63,810 bases of DNA, filler included, from Reticulomyxa filosa (GCA_000512085.1; 20 parts of 20 records of this genome joined end to end with filler, not necessarily neighbours in it); one strand, 5' to 3'; counted from the first letter of the whole stretch, positions 34,796 to 49,827 are shown. Notes: generated by a model from the letters alone, not told the origin. A program made the numbers and translations.

Positions 34796-36932
34796 ATGTC
34801 GAACTTTCCTTCATATCATTTAGATCTTTTGAACGCTCCGGTTGAACATACGTTTTCGGAACAGCTCGCACACAAAAAAGACAATGAAGATCAACAACTG
34901 TTAAGCGATTTTGATAGGCCTCTTTTTTCTTTTTCTGCTTCGCTATCTTTTATTTTTGCTATGCAATCAAAAACAGAATAGGCTTGGATAGAATGCAATT
35001 CAACAAAAAACAAGAGAGGTGCTCATTAGAACAATTGGATGAATATGAAAAACAATGGCTACGAAAAGAAAAAGAATACAAAAAAGTCATAGAATCTCAA
35101 CAAGCGCTTGAAGACAAAAACAATCTGCTCATGTGTAAGCTTAAAGAAGAGATCAATAAAGCGCTAGAAGAGAAATTTGCACAAAAAATAAAGTGATCCA
35201 GAAAGAAAAGGAGATAGAAGAATTGAATCGTTACGATACAACCATATGAACATGTCCCTTTCACACAAACTTGTTCAAAAGGACATGTCCCAATCCGAAA
35301 AGAAAAATAAAATAGAATAAACTTTTTCTCATTTTTATTTGTTCTTTTCTGACAAAGATTCTATTGATTGTCACAATAGCTTTGCTGTAATATAGAGACT
35401 ATCAACAAATTAAATTTACAAATTTGCAAACTTAACACAGAAAAGCAACAACAAAAACAATCCATAGAACAAATATCAAGTTAAAATTTTTTTTTTCCTT
35501 TTTATGCGCAATACGAACAAAAATTAAATAATCAGAAAAACTGGCTGAAGTAAACTCGCAATTGGAACAATCAAAATGTTTTCAACAAAAATATTTGGAA
35601 GGAAACAAAAAAATATCAGATATTGACAGGTTTAAATGTTATATGATTTTTTTGTAAAGTGCAAAATTACATAATTTCATCCTCATAGCAAATTACTGGC
35701 AGCCGATAAAGAAGCTCGTATTTTGAAACATAATATCTCAATTCTTGAGAATAGCAAAACGCAATTAAAACATGAAATTAGTCAAATGTCTGTTCAAAAT
35801 GAATCATTAAAACAATTACTTCAGAACAAAGAGACCCAATTGGAAGAGTTCAAGGCAAAAAGACAATTTGAAAAAAAAGAATGTGAAAAATCATTCCAGC
35901 AAATGAAAACAAAGATACTTTTCGAAAAAGAGGAGCTAAAAAATGCACTTCACGAATTAGAGAAAATCAAAGATATGCAAATCTTTGAATTGCAATCCAA
36001 GCTCTTTCAATTAGACAAAAAAATAGAAGCGTTCAAAAGTTTATGTGTTTTTTTTATCTTTAAAAACCGAAAAATTTAAAACAGCGTTTTTTAAAAAATA
36101 ATAGATTTAGAAAGCGAACTCGATAAATCAACTGAAAAATGCAACGAACTTGAAAAAAAATTAGAGAAAGCAGAAATAAGCAATGTATTCAAGACAAGCA
36201 AGATAGAGAAACTAAATATAGAACTGGAAGCAAAAGAAAGAGATTTGCAACAGGGAGTTGCAAAAAATTCACAACTGATCCAAAAATGTAGCAAAATAGA
36301 CAATCGTAATGCTGAACTGTCTACGCAATTGGCTGAGTATATTGTAGCACAAGAAGAGCTAAAGTGCTTATTGGAACAAGTAAATACATTAAAGACAGAA
36401 AATGCTCAAATAAAGAGCAAATTATCGAAGCTATTTGACCAAAGCGAACGGATTACTCCTGCAACTTATCGGAAATGTGAGGTAATTTATTGTCTATAAA
36501 AGTAACTTTTTCGTGTCTTGTTCCTTTGAACTCTTTCAGCGTTTGATCAATAACAAAATAAAGTCTCAAGCGCCCATGTGTAAGCCGTCGGATATTGCAT
36601 GGATTCAAATACCTGTCGATGAACTGCAAACATGGAGATGCTATTTGAATATAGAACAAGTACCCGAAGACCACGAAGAAAAGGGCTTTTGTTCAAAAAA
36701 AAATCCAGCTTGTCGCTGTTGCGCGTCTTCTCATTTCCGCTCAAAAAAAAATAAATCTGTTCCGAATGACAAACACCATTGTTTTACAAAATCCAAAAAT
36801 AAGAAGCATTGGCGTAAGTCTTCTCACAAAAGCGGTGGCATATCAAATGTAATTTCTCATGATGATTGCTGTGATCGTTTGCAGCAATTAAAAAATCTTG
36901 TTTATGACCGAAAAGCAATTCAAGAAATGTAA
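34796..36932 (+). CDS. Long coiled-coil protein (multi-exon)
   Basis: Successive E/K/Q/L-rich heptad exons separated by short GT-AG introns. Confidence 0.6.
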
Positions 36933-37679
36933 TTTGCGAAACAAACAAAAAAATGTGTAACATGATTTCAATTTTTTCATTTTGTAGTCAAACCTAACAA
37001 ATTTTTTTTCATTCATAATACAAAGTTTTTATTTAGTCACATTTGTAAAGTCTTGATTTGATTATTGCCCAAAGATTTTCGATAGTTGATATCAATATGT
37101 AAAGCTTTTTAGAATTTCATCATATAATCTTTCTTTGTAACTATGCAATTAACAAATCCTTCAATTTTGAAGCATATCTAATTCCTTTATAACTTAGCAC
37201 ATTCCATGATAACAAACTCAAACATTTATCTTATAATTTCTCTATAGCTAGTATTATGTCCTTTTTTCCACACATAGTAAATTCTATAACTTACATAGAT
37301 TGCTTATTACAAATACATCAACAGATCGCATATGTTTTGTTGTGAATGTGTGAGTGATACTTTGCATCCTTTTTTTCTTGCACATTTGCAGAGCTATCTT
37401 GTACAATAGTCAATTTCAAAAAAAAAAAAAGAAGTGTGTATGTATACAAATGCAATTCAAAACAAAACTCGGTCGACAAATGTCAGCAATTTCTTGTAAT
37501 CAACTTTTTATTTAAAAAAAAAAATGATTGNNNNNNNNNNNNNNNNNNNNNNNNNNNNNNNNNNNNNNNNNNNNTTAATTAATTAANNNNNNNNNNNNNN
37601 NNNNNNNNNNNNNNNNNNNNNNNNNNNNNNATATATGTACAATATATATTTTTTTTTGTAACAAAATGAAAACTCTCAG

Positions 37680-38690
37680 ATGTTGAAAGTTGCAGATATT
37701 TCAATGCTGAAAAAAGCAATTGCCAAACAATTCAACGTTTCGTCAGATGAACTGTTTGTATGTGACGTATGGAAGAGTAAGATCCATCAGGAGCTGAAGG
37801 ACCGCAATATGATTGCGGAGATCAATCGTCGAAATGACGACATTATAATTTACCACGTGCCAAAGCCTGCCAACCTCAACTTGGACAAAAAAGAAGATAC
37901 AAACAGCAAAGACAAGGATAACAAGGACAAGGACAAGGACAAGGACAAGGATAGCAAGGACAAAGATAAAACCAAAGGCGACGAACACAATAACAGTCAA
38001 TCGAATAAAAAGGCAGGTAATAACAACGAGACCGAATACGATGATTATGACACGGATTATTACAGTCAAGCAGGCCGCGGTGGCAGTAGTGGTGGCGGTG
38101 GTGGTGGTGGAAGTGGCACGCATCGCGAGAGCGGACAAACATCCGACTACAAAGTCTTTTCCGTATCATTGCAAACGCGCGTGGAGGTGCGCACCACATT
38201 CCAAGTCCGTGAAGAAAACGAACTCATTGGCATGCCGTTTTACGTATCGTTCCCATTGAACCGCGATATCTCGCACAAAGAGGTGCGCACAAAGATCTTT
38301 GAGGTGGCCAAGGCGTACTTGAAAGACAAAAACAAATGGTATGGCGACGATGGCAAACTCAGAGACTATCCTTGCTCGTTTTATGCCATCTACGGCTACA
38401 ACACCGTGTTGCAATTGGAAGACAATGATTACTCCTTTGTGCCTTTCCAAGAACGCGGATTACGCTTTGCATTGCACTTCCCCGACCGAAGTGATACAAT
38501 GAAGAGGTGTGTCTACGCGAAAAACGAGCACGTGACGAATCTGCGCCGCTTCCGTTGAATCGAGACAATATGGAGGATGAAGATCGAAGCACTTCCAAAG
38601 TCCAGCTGTCTGCTTGCATTGATGCCTTTACGGAGGAGGAGATCTTGGATGAAAACGATGCTTGGTTCTGTAGCAAATGCTCTGCTTTTA
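37680..38690 (+). CDS. Ubiquitin C-terminal hydrolase fragment (USP4/11/15-like), frameshift near 38500
   Basis: VQLSACIDAFTEEEILDENDAWFCSKC, preceded by a UBL-like insert with LIGMPF. Confidence 0.8.
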
Positions 38691-39046
38691 AGTTATATAC
38701 AATAATTTATATACATATATATATATNNNNNNNNNNNNNNNNNNNNNNNNNNNNNNNNNNNNNNNNNNNNTTAATTAATTAANNNNNNNNNNNNNNNNNN
38801 NNNNNNNNNNNNNNNNNNNNNNNNNNTGAAAGAAAAAGATGCTAGAAATAGGTGGGAAAGATGTGGGAAAGAGGGGGGAAAGAAATGTAAAAGAAACGGT
38901 GAAGAGAGTGATAGAGTGAACATAGGAAAAAAGGGGGGAGAGGGAAGGGGGAGGTAGGGGGTAGGTAGAAAAGTTTTTCTTTAAAAAAAAATAATCACCT
39001 TTCTTGATATTTTTTTGATATATACCCACAAAGAGCACTCCCCAAG

Positions 39047-39809
39047 ATGGTAGAAGAAGGGAGCAGTTTCATTACGAGCAAGCAAGAATTTGCATTCTTG
39101 TTTGAGCCTGATGTTAGGCTGTATTTTTGTTCCAACTTCCTAACACAACAACTACAATAACTACAATAACAACTACAACGACAAAACAGCAAGGTGATAG
39201 CGCGTATGTTGATCAACTACAAAAAATGGTTGATCAATCAAAAACTCGACTGATTATCAACTTAAATACTCTCAATCAGCACGACTCAAATCTCAGAGCA
39301 AAGTTGATTATTAAAATTATATGACATAGAAATCCATTTGTAATTCAATACAAATCAAATGAAATGCAGTCTCTAACTTCAAAAAAAAAATAAATTTAAT
39401 AGCATATTGGAAAGACCATTAGAATATCTGCCGGCATGGGAAGAAGCACGAAAAGATTATTTAGATTTACACCATGCCCAAAAAGTTATTTATTTATTTA
39501 TATAAGATATTTTGTTTAAAAAAAAATTACTTACGGAAAAAAACAACAATATGAAATGGCTAATCAAGTGTACAAGATTGGTTTAGAGGGGGTTTTGGTG
39601 CGCAACGAGTGACACCCCAACAACTAATGGCACATAACTTAACGCAAATGGTGTGCTTAGAGGGAATAGTGACGAAAATTTCGTTAGTTCGTCCAAAAGT
39701 GGTCCAGACGGTCCATTACTGTGAAGCAACAAAGCAATACCATACTCAATCGTATCGTGATGCCACCGCAATGACAGGTCTTCCAACTGGTTCCGCATAT
39801 CCTATAAAG
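39047..39809 (+). CDS. MCM3: DNA replication licensing factor MCM3, N-terminal fragment
   Basis: RLIINLN and MVCLEGIVTKISLVRPKVVQTVHYC...YRDAT...PTGSAYP. Confidence 0.9.
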
Positions 39810-39987
39810 GTTAGTTAATTTATTTGAATGATATATTCTAAAGAGAAATTATTTTTAGAGATATTATTTTATTTTTACAATAAAAATNNNNNNNNNNNNN
39901 NNNNNNNNNNNNNNNNNNNNNNNNNNNNNNNTTAATTAATTAANNNNNNNNNNNNNNNNNNNNNNNNNNNNNNNNNNNNNNNNNNNN

Positions 39988-40850
39988 TTTGCAAGCGATA
40001 AATGGAGTGAGTGTGAAAACATCGGCCGTGTTTGTCGGCGTGTTGAGCTATTGCAAAAAGAAGGCACTCCAATATTTGGAAAATAATAAGATGACACACA
40101 CGAAGACAAAATCAAATGGGTGATAACAGTGCCGGCCATTTAGAGTGAGGAGGCCAAAGGGATAATGAAACAATGAGCACATCAAGCTGGGATATGGAGT
40201 CCATCAATTCCTAATCGACTACTTATTGCACTCGAGCCTAAGTGTGCAGCATTTGCATGAGTTTGAAATGAAAGATAGTCAAAATCGAATTGAATTCAAA
40301 ACAGTGGATTAATTTGGGAGCAGTGACAACTGATATGGTGTGTCATGAGATCATTGGATCGTTGAAGTGAGAGAAATGATTGCTCCGTTTGTCAATATAC
40401 GAACTCCCCTAAGGCCCTCCAAAGATATGAAAGCCATATTTGAAACTATATTTGGACAAAGAGATATGAAAGAGTTCCAAGTCACACATTCGCTAATGAT
40501 GTGGAAGAATTAGTTTCGAATTTTGAATACCTTGAAGAATCTGGAGTCAATAAAGTTTAGATTAGACATTGCTATTGTTATTATTATTTATTACATGTTA
40601 CATATTATTTGTTTTTTGTTTGCTTGTTTGATATAGATGGTCGAAGAAATATACTCGAAACGCAACAAAATAAAAAAAATGCAATCATCTTGATATCAGT
40701 AGCGAAGAAAGGGGTCCAGTGGTTATCACGATTTTTTTATGGAGGTTGGATATCACATATCCACCGGACTTTGTTCGCTTTTATTTCGGTCAGTCCATAA
40801 TTCGGGTCAATGAAACATGAAAGGAAGATAGTACGTTGAACATGAGGTGC
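39988..40850 (+). pseudogene. HSPA12-like Hsp70 pseudogene
   Basis: IKWVITVPAI*SEEAKGIMKQ*AHQAG...LLIALEPKCAA, with stops and frameshifts. Confidence 0.75.
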
Positions 40851-41501
40851 AAATTAAGTACGACTACGATGTTCAGTACGTAATAGCGATTAGATTTTTA
40901 ACTTTTCGTATTATATTTGTTAACATTTTTCACTTTTGAAATCCAATCGTTTTGTGGATTTGACCATGTGCAAGTTGCATTGAGATGAAAAATTGGTGTT
41001 TTTCAGCGTTCAAACATACTTCGAGCACTTTTAAAAAACTTAATTGTTTAATTTTAGCTCTTATCAGATATTTGCAGAGATTCGCTAGAAAATTGAAAAT
41101 CACTTTGCAGGCTAAGCAAGTCTTAAGCAATATTCGTTTTTTAAAGTAAATTTAATACATTTGCTTAAAAATAATTTTTATTTGTTTCTTTTTTAATTAA
41201 TATGGCATTTCTTTCATTTTTGAAATGTGTGGTAATATTTTTTTACATTATCAAAAATTATTTTAATAAATGAGTGGACAAGTGGGAACGCCGACAACAT
41301 CAGTACATACAATGGGAAGCAGGACAACTTGTTATTGTTGATTTGGCAGACCCCTAACAAACAAGGACTATCACATTACAACAAAAAACTCTTCAACAGT
41401 NNNNNNNNNNNNNNNNNNNNNNNNNNNNNNNNNNNNNNNNNNNNTTAATTAATTAANNNNNNNNNNNNNNNNNNNNNNNNNNNNNNNNNNNNNNNNNNNN
41501 T

Positions 41502-41620
41502 AATGCTAATGCTAATGCTAATGCTAATGTTAATGCCAAAGTCAATACCAATGCTAATGTTAATGTCAATGTCAATGTCAATGTCAATGCCAATATCAAT
41601 ACCAATGTCAATGCCAATGC
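41502..41620 (+). repeat. Hexamer microsatellite (AATGCN/AATGTN) encoding Asn-Ala/Asn-Val, in a hypothetical gene fragment running to ~42575
   Basis: Read directly from the sequence; downstream exons have coding-like composition and GT-AG introns. Confidence 0.7.
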
Positions 41621-42727
41621 CTCAACTCAGCCACAAGACAAGGACCAAAAAAACCAGGGACAGCAAACGCACAATGAAAAGGAAACTCTCGGCACACACA
41701 ACGATCGGTACTCTTCGGCAGCTTATCATTTGAAGCACTTGGCTTTGAGCATCGCCACCTCAGTTTTGCTTGTGTCGATGTGTTTTGTGTGTATATTGAA
41801 TACAATTGCTACACCGTTTCATTAAGATGCCAATATACAATCGCATTATGTATTTGTATGTGTGTGTGTGTGTGTACTTTTGTTTGTACTTTTGTTTGCA
41901 TGTTCGATCATTGGACCAATGTCAGACCCCTGGCAATTACTCGGCAAATCGATCGCCACAGAGTCCGCAGAGCAGTGACAGTGGGTCGATTGGCGAAGTG
42001 AAAGAGGAAGTCGAAAAAGGGGCCACATTCAACGACGCCGAGCTCATCTTTGAACACAATTACTACTGGCCAGAGTTTACGAAACGCACTCCCGTGAGTC
42101 CCAAACAAAATGTCACGTTGGATCTGCCCTCGGCCGTCGAGGAACACAAATTGGAAATGCCCAACGACAGAAACGCAGCGCTTTCCACGTTTGCCGTGGC
42201 TTCCGATGATTTGAAAGGCCAAGGTTATTTGTCCATCACAATCACATATTACCAATCAATTCAAATTTTTTTTTTTTTTGTTCATTGCAAATGCATATGT
42301 TTGTGTTTGTGTATATATGTATACATAAACACAAACATATACATATATATATATATATGTATATATATGCATATATGTGGTTTGGGGTTGCAAACAAAGA
42401 AAGAGAAGACAGTCCAAGCCAAACCATGAATGTAGACTTACAATTGTGGAAACTGGTCGACAGAGCCCCTCATCGCACCAGCGTCGTCGACGGGAAAAAG
42501 CCTCAATCGCCATTTGGAAGTAGATCAAGACCAAAGAAGAAGAAAAAAAAGGCCAAAGTCACGCCTGTCCCAGGTACATACATTTATATATATATATGTA
42601 TATTAATATATATATGTATATATATCGNNNNNNNNNNNNNNNNNNNNNNNNNNNNNNNNNNNNNNNNNNNNTTAATTAATTAANNNNNNNNNNNNNNNNN
42701 NNNNNNNNNNNNNNNNNNNNNNNNNNN

Positions 42728-42765
<38 letters not shown>

Positions 42766-42777
42766 TGGTTTGCACAG

Positions 42778-45700
42778 AAAACTCAAAAGTAATGTGGGCA
42801 GTGGAGAGCCTGCAGAAGGCAAAGTCGAATCTCCAGAGATAAAGCCCTCCCCTTCAAGAGCTAGTGGTGCAAATGTAAACAAACAAATAAACAAAAATCT
42901 TGTTTCTTGAACTTTGTTTGTGTTCATCAAAAGTGCAATAATAACACGTACGTACACATAATAGTTGTTGAACCCAATCCAACAGAATTCGGACAAACGA
43001 CAGAGCATTTTGAACAGTATAAGAGAAAGAGTTTCCAAGATAGGCCTATTCAATCCTGAGCCCAAGCCGGTGACATCACCTCCTCCAATGTCCAACTATG
43101 GCGAATTGGAATCGCTCGGATCTGCCAAATCTTTGCCGGCATTACGAGAGCGCACCACCAACCCTCTGAAGGGTCGAGCATCAGCTGGCTTAAGTCGGTC
43201 CAACACTGCCGGTGACCATCTGTTGCCAAACAAACTGTCCAGCAATTCCTTATTGTCAAATGCTGCCATTTCTCCCATTACTGTTGCGTCCAATATATAC
43301 ATATAAATATATATACATTCATATATGTATATATAATATATATATACATATATATATATTTTGACTGATGACTTGTTTTTGTTCCAAGCCAATCCAATGT
43401 ATGTTTGCTGTGTCACATATCACAAGTACCAAGCAGAGATTGTAGCAGCTCGCTTTGGACCCGTACAGCATCATGACACGCACGCCGAGTTTGAGATCAA
43501 AGTGACGGCGAGTCATTACCAATGGTTTGTGTATCGACAATACAAACACTTTCAAGAATTGGACCGTGCGTTGAAACAACAGGCCAAAGATTTCACTTTG
43601 GAAAAACCTTTGTCTTTCTCTGCTTTGCCCTCCATTCCCACTCGATCTAAATATGACATTGAAGCTGTTGTGGAATCAAAAGTTTTGCTGGCATCTTTTT
43701 TTTTTTTTTTTTTGCTTATGGGCAACACTTTCTTTATACGTAAATGTACGTACAAAATGTTCGGATGAAGGATGCACTAAATAAATACGTTCAATTTTTT
43801 ATGAATGATTCGGCACTGAGGAATTATGATCACGTCAAAGCGTTTTTGGGATGGTTCGATGATGATGACATACCAAAGTTGTTTTTCTTTCCTGATCTCA
43901 TTTCATTTGTTTTTTGTCTGCTATTTTTATTTTTTATTTTCTCTTGTTTTTTTTTTTTATAACAAATAGACAGGCCTATGGAAAAGACAAACGGGTGAGC
44001 GTTGAGTTAAGTTGTTTTTTTTTTTTTGAGACTTTGTTGGACTTGGAAGAAAATGAAGAAGGACAACAACAACAACAACAACTACAAAAAAAAAGGTATT
44101 GGACAGCCGGAGATAACAGCTTAGTGTTTGATGAAGCACATTTGATTGAACTTCGCTTTTCAGCAAAGGACGTGCCAATAAAGAATCGACACGGCTGTTG
44201 TTTGCGTATCTACGAACCCAACGAACCAAAGCAAGGAATCCGATTCTACGATTGTCTGCCACAACGACGTTTGCTAATGCAAACCGAGTACGTGATCGAT
44301 CACAGTGATCCACACTTTCAAAAAATACTACTGCTTGACTACGTTCCGATGAACTTTTCTATTCTCCAGGTCGACTTGTGTTTGGACGAGGATGACCAGC
44401 AACCGCCTATCGGAACTGCCGTTTTTGAATTGGCACACGTCATGTGTGAACGAACTGGCTGTGTTGTCCATTCAGTTTCTTCTATTTTTTTTATCTTTAT
44501 TTTTTTGCTTGAGGACACTAAAAAAAAAACAACAACAGCAAACAAACGAGACAATGCATCTGTAGTTTATTTATTTTGTCTCTCTTCATGCACTAGCTCG
44601 TTCCAACAAAAGCGCTGGGAAAACGTGCCTCTTCTCTTCCAGAGCCGCAAAAAAATAGCACGAATGATACGGCGAATGAATTTCCGCGGATTGACAAAAC
44701 CACCATTGCAATGACCGTTCGACGCTTTGTGTCTTTGGAGGACAAGACGTTAAGTCCCAACTTTGTGTTGGATCAAAACGACATACGAATACAGACAACG
44801 CAAACAAACCACTCGAAATACCCTACCGATAGTGCGCAGCAACAAACGAGACCTTTCAAGACCTTGCCGTCGAACATGCGATGTGAGAAATGGAGCGTCG
44901 AATTACAACACAATCTGAAAAGCATTTTAAACGCACATTCCAATTTGCGCATAAGTGTGGCCGCGAAAGCCGACAAGTTGACCATGGATTACTTCATTTA
45001 CAAAGACAACGACCAAATGTACGAAGTGTGTGACTTGCTATTGGAAGTGTGGCGACGTGTATTGGAAGAAATTGACACTATGATCATCAATGAGGCTAAA
45101 TCAAGCGTTTTGTCTAAGTTGTGTGATATCATATTCGGGATCATGACCCGCTACGAATGGGACCTGACACATATCAAACACTGGGTGTATCATGATAAAT
45201 ACCAACCTGTCACTTCACCGACTTGGAATAAAAAAATGCACAGATATCACAAGCAGTTAGAACTCACTATAGTTGAGAAGAAGTACATTTCAAAAAATAA
45301 TAATACCCTTTTTTTTTTTTTTTTTTCCCCCTCTCTTTCTTCTTCTTTTCCTCTCATATTTTGAAAAAATAATATACTGCCTCTAGCGCAAAGTGTTGGA
45401 ATGGACCGACGAAGAAAAGGAATTGGACGAGAGTCGACGTCAATTTGCAGTTGACGTGTTGGGCTTGGGTTGTATGAAGATGCATTCGTTACATAAGCAG
45501 CTGATGGTGCTGTTGTTGACTGAGTGGGAAAAACAAATAGGAAAGGCCAAATTGGAAAGGCACGATTACGTAATGCAATACTGCGAAGAAGATTCCAAGT
45601 CACCACCTATACCATGGCAGCACGACTACGAACTGAAATTCTCCCAACAGCAAGAACGCATTCATAGTTTGGAGTGGTTTTTCTCTCAAGAAAACCCTTC

Positions 45701-46009
45701 TTGCTTTATGGAGGCTTGGAGCTGCTTTGCAACCGACGCCATTGATGTTTGTTCTTTTTTTTTTTTTTTTTTATCATTTTTTTCTTTCTTCATTTGTTGT
45801 TGTTTGTTGCAATGATAGAAATTATCGTTCACACTTCGAGACAACAAGACTTTGTTCAACACAATGCACAAGACATTATTCTTTCCATGTATGGAAACAT
45901 AGCCAGACATTGTCATGGCATTGTTAATTGGATGTCCACGCCTGGATTCTCGAGGTTGTGCAAAATATTTATTCAAGGCCTTATTGTTGAGTTTGTTTTT
46001 TTTTTTTTT
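42778..46009 (+). CDS. PX-domain plus copine-like C2-domain protein fragment with a helical C-terminal region
   Basis: AEFEIKV...WFVYRQYKHFQELDRALK (PX); IELRFSAKDV...QTEYVIDHSDPHFQK...IGTAVFEL (C2). Confidence 0.75.
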
Positions 46010-46109
46010 NNNNNNNNNNNNNNNNNNNNNNNNNNNNNNNNNNNNNNNNNNNNTTAATTAATTAANNNNNNNNNNNNNNNNNNNNNNNNNNNNNNNNNNN
46101 NNNNNNNNN

Positions 46110-46140
<31 letters not shown>

Positions 46141-46717
46141 TGTGCCATTGAAAACATAACGTCTTTGAAAGCATAGCTTTGACATGTAATAGTCAATGGC
46201 CTTTGTGCCAAAAGCTGACGCAATTTTTCATTGGAAAACTGCGCGGGAAACACGGCTGCCCATTAATGGCGGATATATACCAGCGTTGAATGCTATCTTT
46301 TTCAGTCAGTCGAACGAACCAGTCGTCCGAAACTTTGACTTGATGCTTGTCGTCTGGCAACTCAAACACCTTTGAGCCGAGCTTGGCTGCGTAAAAGAAG
46401 CGGAAGAGTTGACAGAGCCACAAGTACTCGTATTGCTGTTCTTTGCTCAACGTGGAGACATCCCAATCTGCTTTGTCACTGCTGCTGCTGCTGCCGCCAA
46501 AGTAGCGATGGAAAAAAGCGTTGATGGAGCCACTGCTCTTGAACCAGTCACGCGGGTCCAGGCACTGTCTTTGATGCATGTTCCGCAGTATCTCATGCTT
46601 TCGAGCATGCAAGTAGTGCTTCATCTCCGTTACGTCGATACGTGCAAACCATGGTTTGGAATTGTCATCGTTGACATTAGTATTATTGACATTATCAATA
46701 TTGGTATTATCAATATT

Positions 46718-46816
<99 letters not shown>

Positions 46817-47954
46817 TTGAAGTGGTATCAAAAGCATCGGGTCGATTCTGTCAACCAACTCGCCAAAGGAAAAAGCAATGACATCAATAAATTCGCCGAT
46901 GTGCATTTCTTTGACAGTCTTTACCATGTTTTTGTTAAAGTAGTCGACAAGTTGGAACAGCACGTTGGTGGGCGGGAGGAGGTTGCTGAGACTTCTATCT
47001 TTGTGAACGGAGGATTGAGCATATGCTTTGGTGAGACACTGGTTCCAAAAGTCGGTTCGCAGCAGCGAATAGAATGGTATGTCTCTTTGGTTCCACCACC
47101 AAAGGTCAAAGTTGCGCGCAAGGTTTTGTTGTTCTGTTATTGTGTCATTGATATTTGTACTGTGATCCCCTGTCGCAATAGGAGTGACAATGGCAGTGCT
47201 AGCATTGATATTGGCATTGATATTGGCATTGGTGGTATTTGTCTTGTCACGTTCCTCGAGAAATTGCTGTTCGTGGAATAGCAACAACTTGTCCACGTCA
47301 TCGAAATGGACAATCCCCGCTGCTTCGAAGCTGCTAAAGAGTGATGCCAGATAGCCATGCTTGGCCAAGTATTTGGGGTACTTTTTATACGATTGATACA
47401 CATTCAGCTGCTTCACAAAGTTGTCCGCAAATACTGTCGCAACTCCGCATGCGTCATTGTCTTGATCGCTTTGCTGGGCGCGATGCAATGTTGCGCCAAC
47501 GTTATTTGCTTTTCACGGTTCACTGATCTTTTTTTCTCTTCTTCTTTCCCTTCTTCTTTTCCTTCTTCTTTTTTGTCATCTTTCGATGACGATGATAATG
47601 ACGATGGTAAAGATGATGTGATTATTGCATTAGGATATTTCATCTTAATTGTCACTGGTAACTCCACTCCTCTCAAAAATGCCAATTAACTTTTTAAACG
47701 TTTCCTTTTCTTTTCTTAATCGTTCCGCTCTTTTCTTTTCTTTTTCTTCTTTCGACACTTCTCCTCCTCCTCCCTCCTCCTTGCTGTTCTCCTGAACTCG
47801 AACTTTCCGCACTTTTCTCGTCCCCCTTTTCCACCCATTCGCTCCACGCTTTCCCGTTAATCTCGTACAACACAGAGTCCGGGGTTATGTCTTTCCACGC
47901 CGATCGGTCGATTCGCACAATCTTGTCCTTCGTGTCCCATCGCAAATCCAATCC
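46110..47954 (-). CDS. Hypothetical protein fragment with poly-Asn and two possible PDZ-like segments; apparent frameshifts
   Basis: Overlapping long ORFs; VLYEING...LPVTI and YISAING...RPLTI motifs. Confidence 0.5.
46720..46816. repeat. (AAT)n microsatellite encoding poly-Asn
   Basis: About 32 uninterrupted triplets. Confidence 0.97.
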
Positions 47955-48054
47955 NNNNNNNNNNNNNNNNNNNNNNNNNNNNNNNNNNNNNNNNNNNNTT
48001 AATTAATTAANNNNNNNNNNNNNNNNNNNNNNNNNNNNNNNNNNNNNNNNNNNN

Positions 48055-49228
48055 TAATAATTTTATTAAAATCATCAATCCATCCTAATCTTATCTTTGA
48101 AATTCGAATCCAATATTGAACAACAAATTTTATTTCGTATTTTGGCTATTAATTATTTTTCAATTAGTTTTATACAATGCAATTCATTTGTATGTTTAAT
48201 TACAAAAGAAAGCTTACCTGTATATGACATATCAATTCGCTCAATCTCATTTTCATGTTTGTCGATATAACGTCTCCATCATTATATCCTCCAATGATAT
48301 ATATATAATTGTTATCATTATTCAATGTCACAAAGCAATCACACAATGGAATAGGCAATACATTTTTAAATGTAATCCATTTTTTTTCTCGTATTGAATA
48401 CTTATGCACTGACGTTGAAATAACACTACAAATCCAATTACATCCACCAAAGAACAAAATGACATCATTGATATACACATATGCATATCCATTGAATGGT
48501 GCAATATCCTTACAAACAGGTAGTTGATGAAATTGAAAATTGTTGTTATTTTCATCATATTCAATTGATAATCCTGTTTTTCTACAAAACAACAGCATTT
48601 CATAATTTTGTTTATTTTTTTTCATCATTTCTTGTCCTTGTTCATTTTCTGACTTTGATACAAAGCAATGACCACGAATAAAATTAGCTGGTAAAGTGTC
48701 ATGTTTAATAAATTGAAATGCATTTAAATCAAATATGCTAATATTCCTTGGATAACAAATAATAAATAACAAATGATTATTGCTTCCACCAATCACTGCA
48801 CGTACTCCCAAATAATTATCATTATCTCGTCCAATAATAATTGGATGATTGTGATTGTTTGTGAAAGGAATCCATTGATTGTAATTGTTGATTTTATTTG
48901 ATTTCTTTGATATATCTAATGTATTACTCCAAACACTTACATATTTCATCACCAGTGTATGTTTACATTCTCCACCAAAAGACAACAAAGTGATTTGGTC
49001 ACTGTCTTTGTTATTATCTACCAGTTTCACTACACAGTGTCCATCTAATTTAACATGACTTGGATACTCACAGATAAACTTGTATTCATTTTTGAGTGTA
49101 TGATAAGAATAACAAGCTTTTTCGTCTCTACCTCCACAAATGAGGAATTCGTGTTTGTGTAGCACACCTTGAGATCGATAAAGTGGAGTGGGCAACTCCT
49201 TCAAAATTTGAAAGGTTTGGTTGCTCAT
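48055..49228 (-). CDS. Kelch-like beta-propeller protein (3'-truncated)
   Basis: LICGG, LSFGG, LFFGG and YIIGG kelch motifs. After an intron the last exon reads QYWIRISKIRLGWIDDFNKII. Confidence 0.85.
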
Positions 49229-49827
49229 GTTGTTAATGTTGAGGAATTATGAAAAAGGGAGGAAGTACATGAAACGACTTAGAAAAACAAAAACTACGAT
49301 TTTTTTTATTAAAAAATTGCAGTATTGATTTTATCACACAATGACATTATTATAATTGACAAATCACACAAAGTAACATTTCATATGTGCAAAAGTAAAA
49401 AAATAAAATTGCTGAAAATGAAAAAAATAATTTGTGCATATTCCCCAAAGTAAATATCATTCGTGAAATTAACCTTGGTTAAGCAAGTTTGATGAAAGCG
49501 CACATGGTCCAAATTAGCATTGCCAAGAGTTGTGTTATCATCTAAAGGAGCATCAAGCCACGCTTTGTTCAGCAAATGTCTTTTATGACTGTATATGCAT
49601 TGATTTGAACACCGTTCATTATTTTGGAAATAAATAAGCGAATTGATAATTATTCAAAATTACATAACAAAGTAATTGAATCTTTGATATTTGCGTTTTT
49701 TTTCAACAACAAAAAAAATCTATCCAAAATAAAAAAAAAGTCTATTTCGTCCAATTTCTTTTAAAAACTATAACATTTTTTGATTGAAAAAAAGGAATTC
49801 CTGCCACTTGTAAAAAAAAAAACAAGT

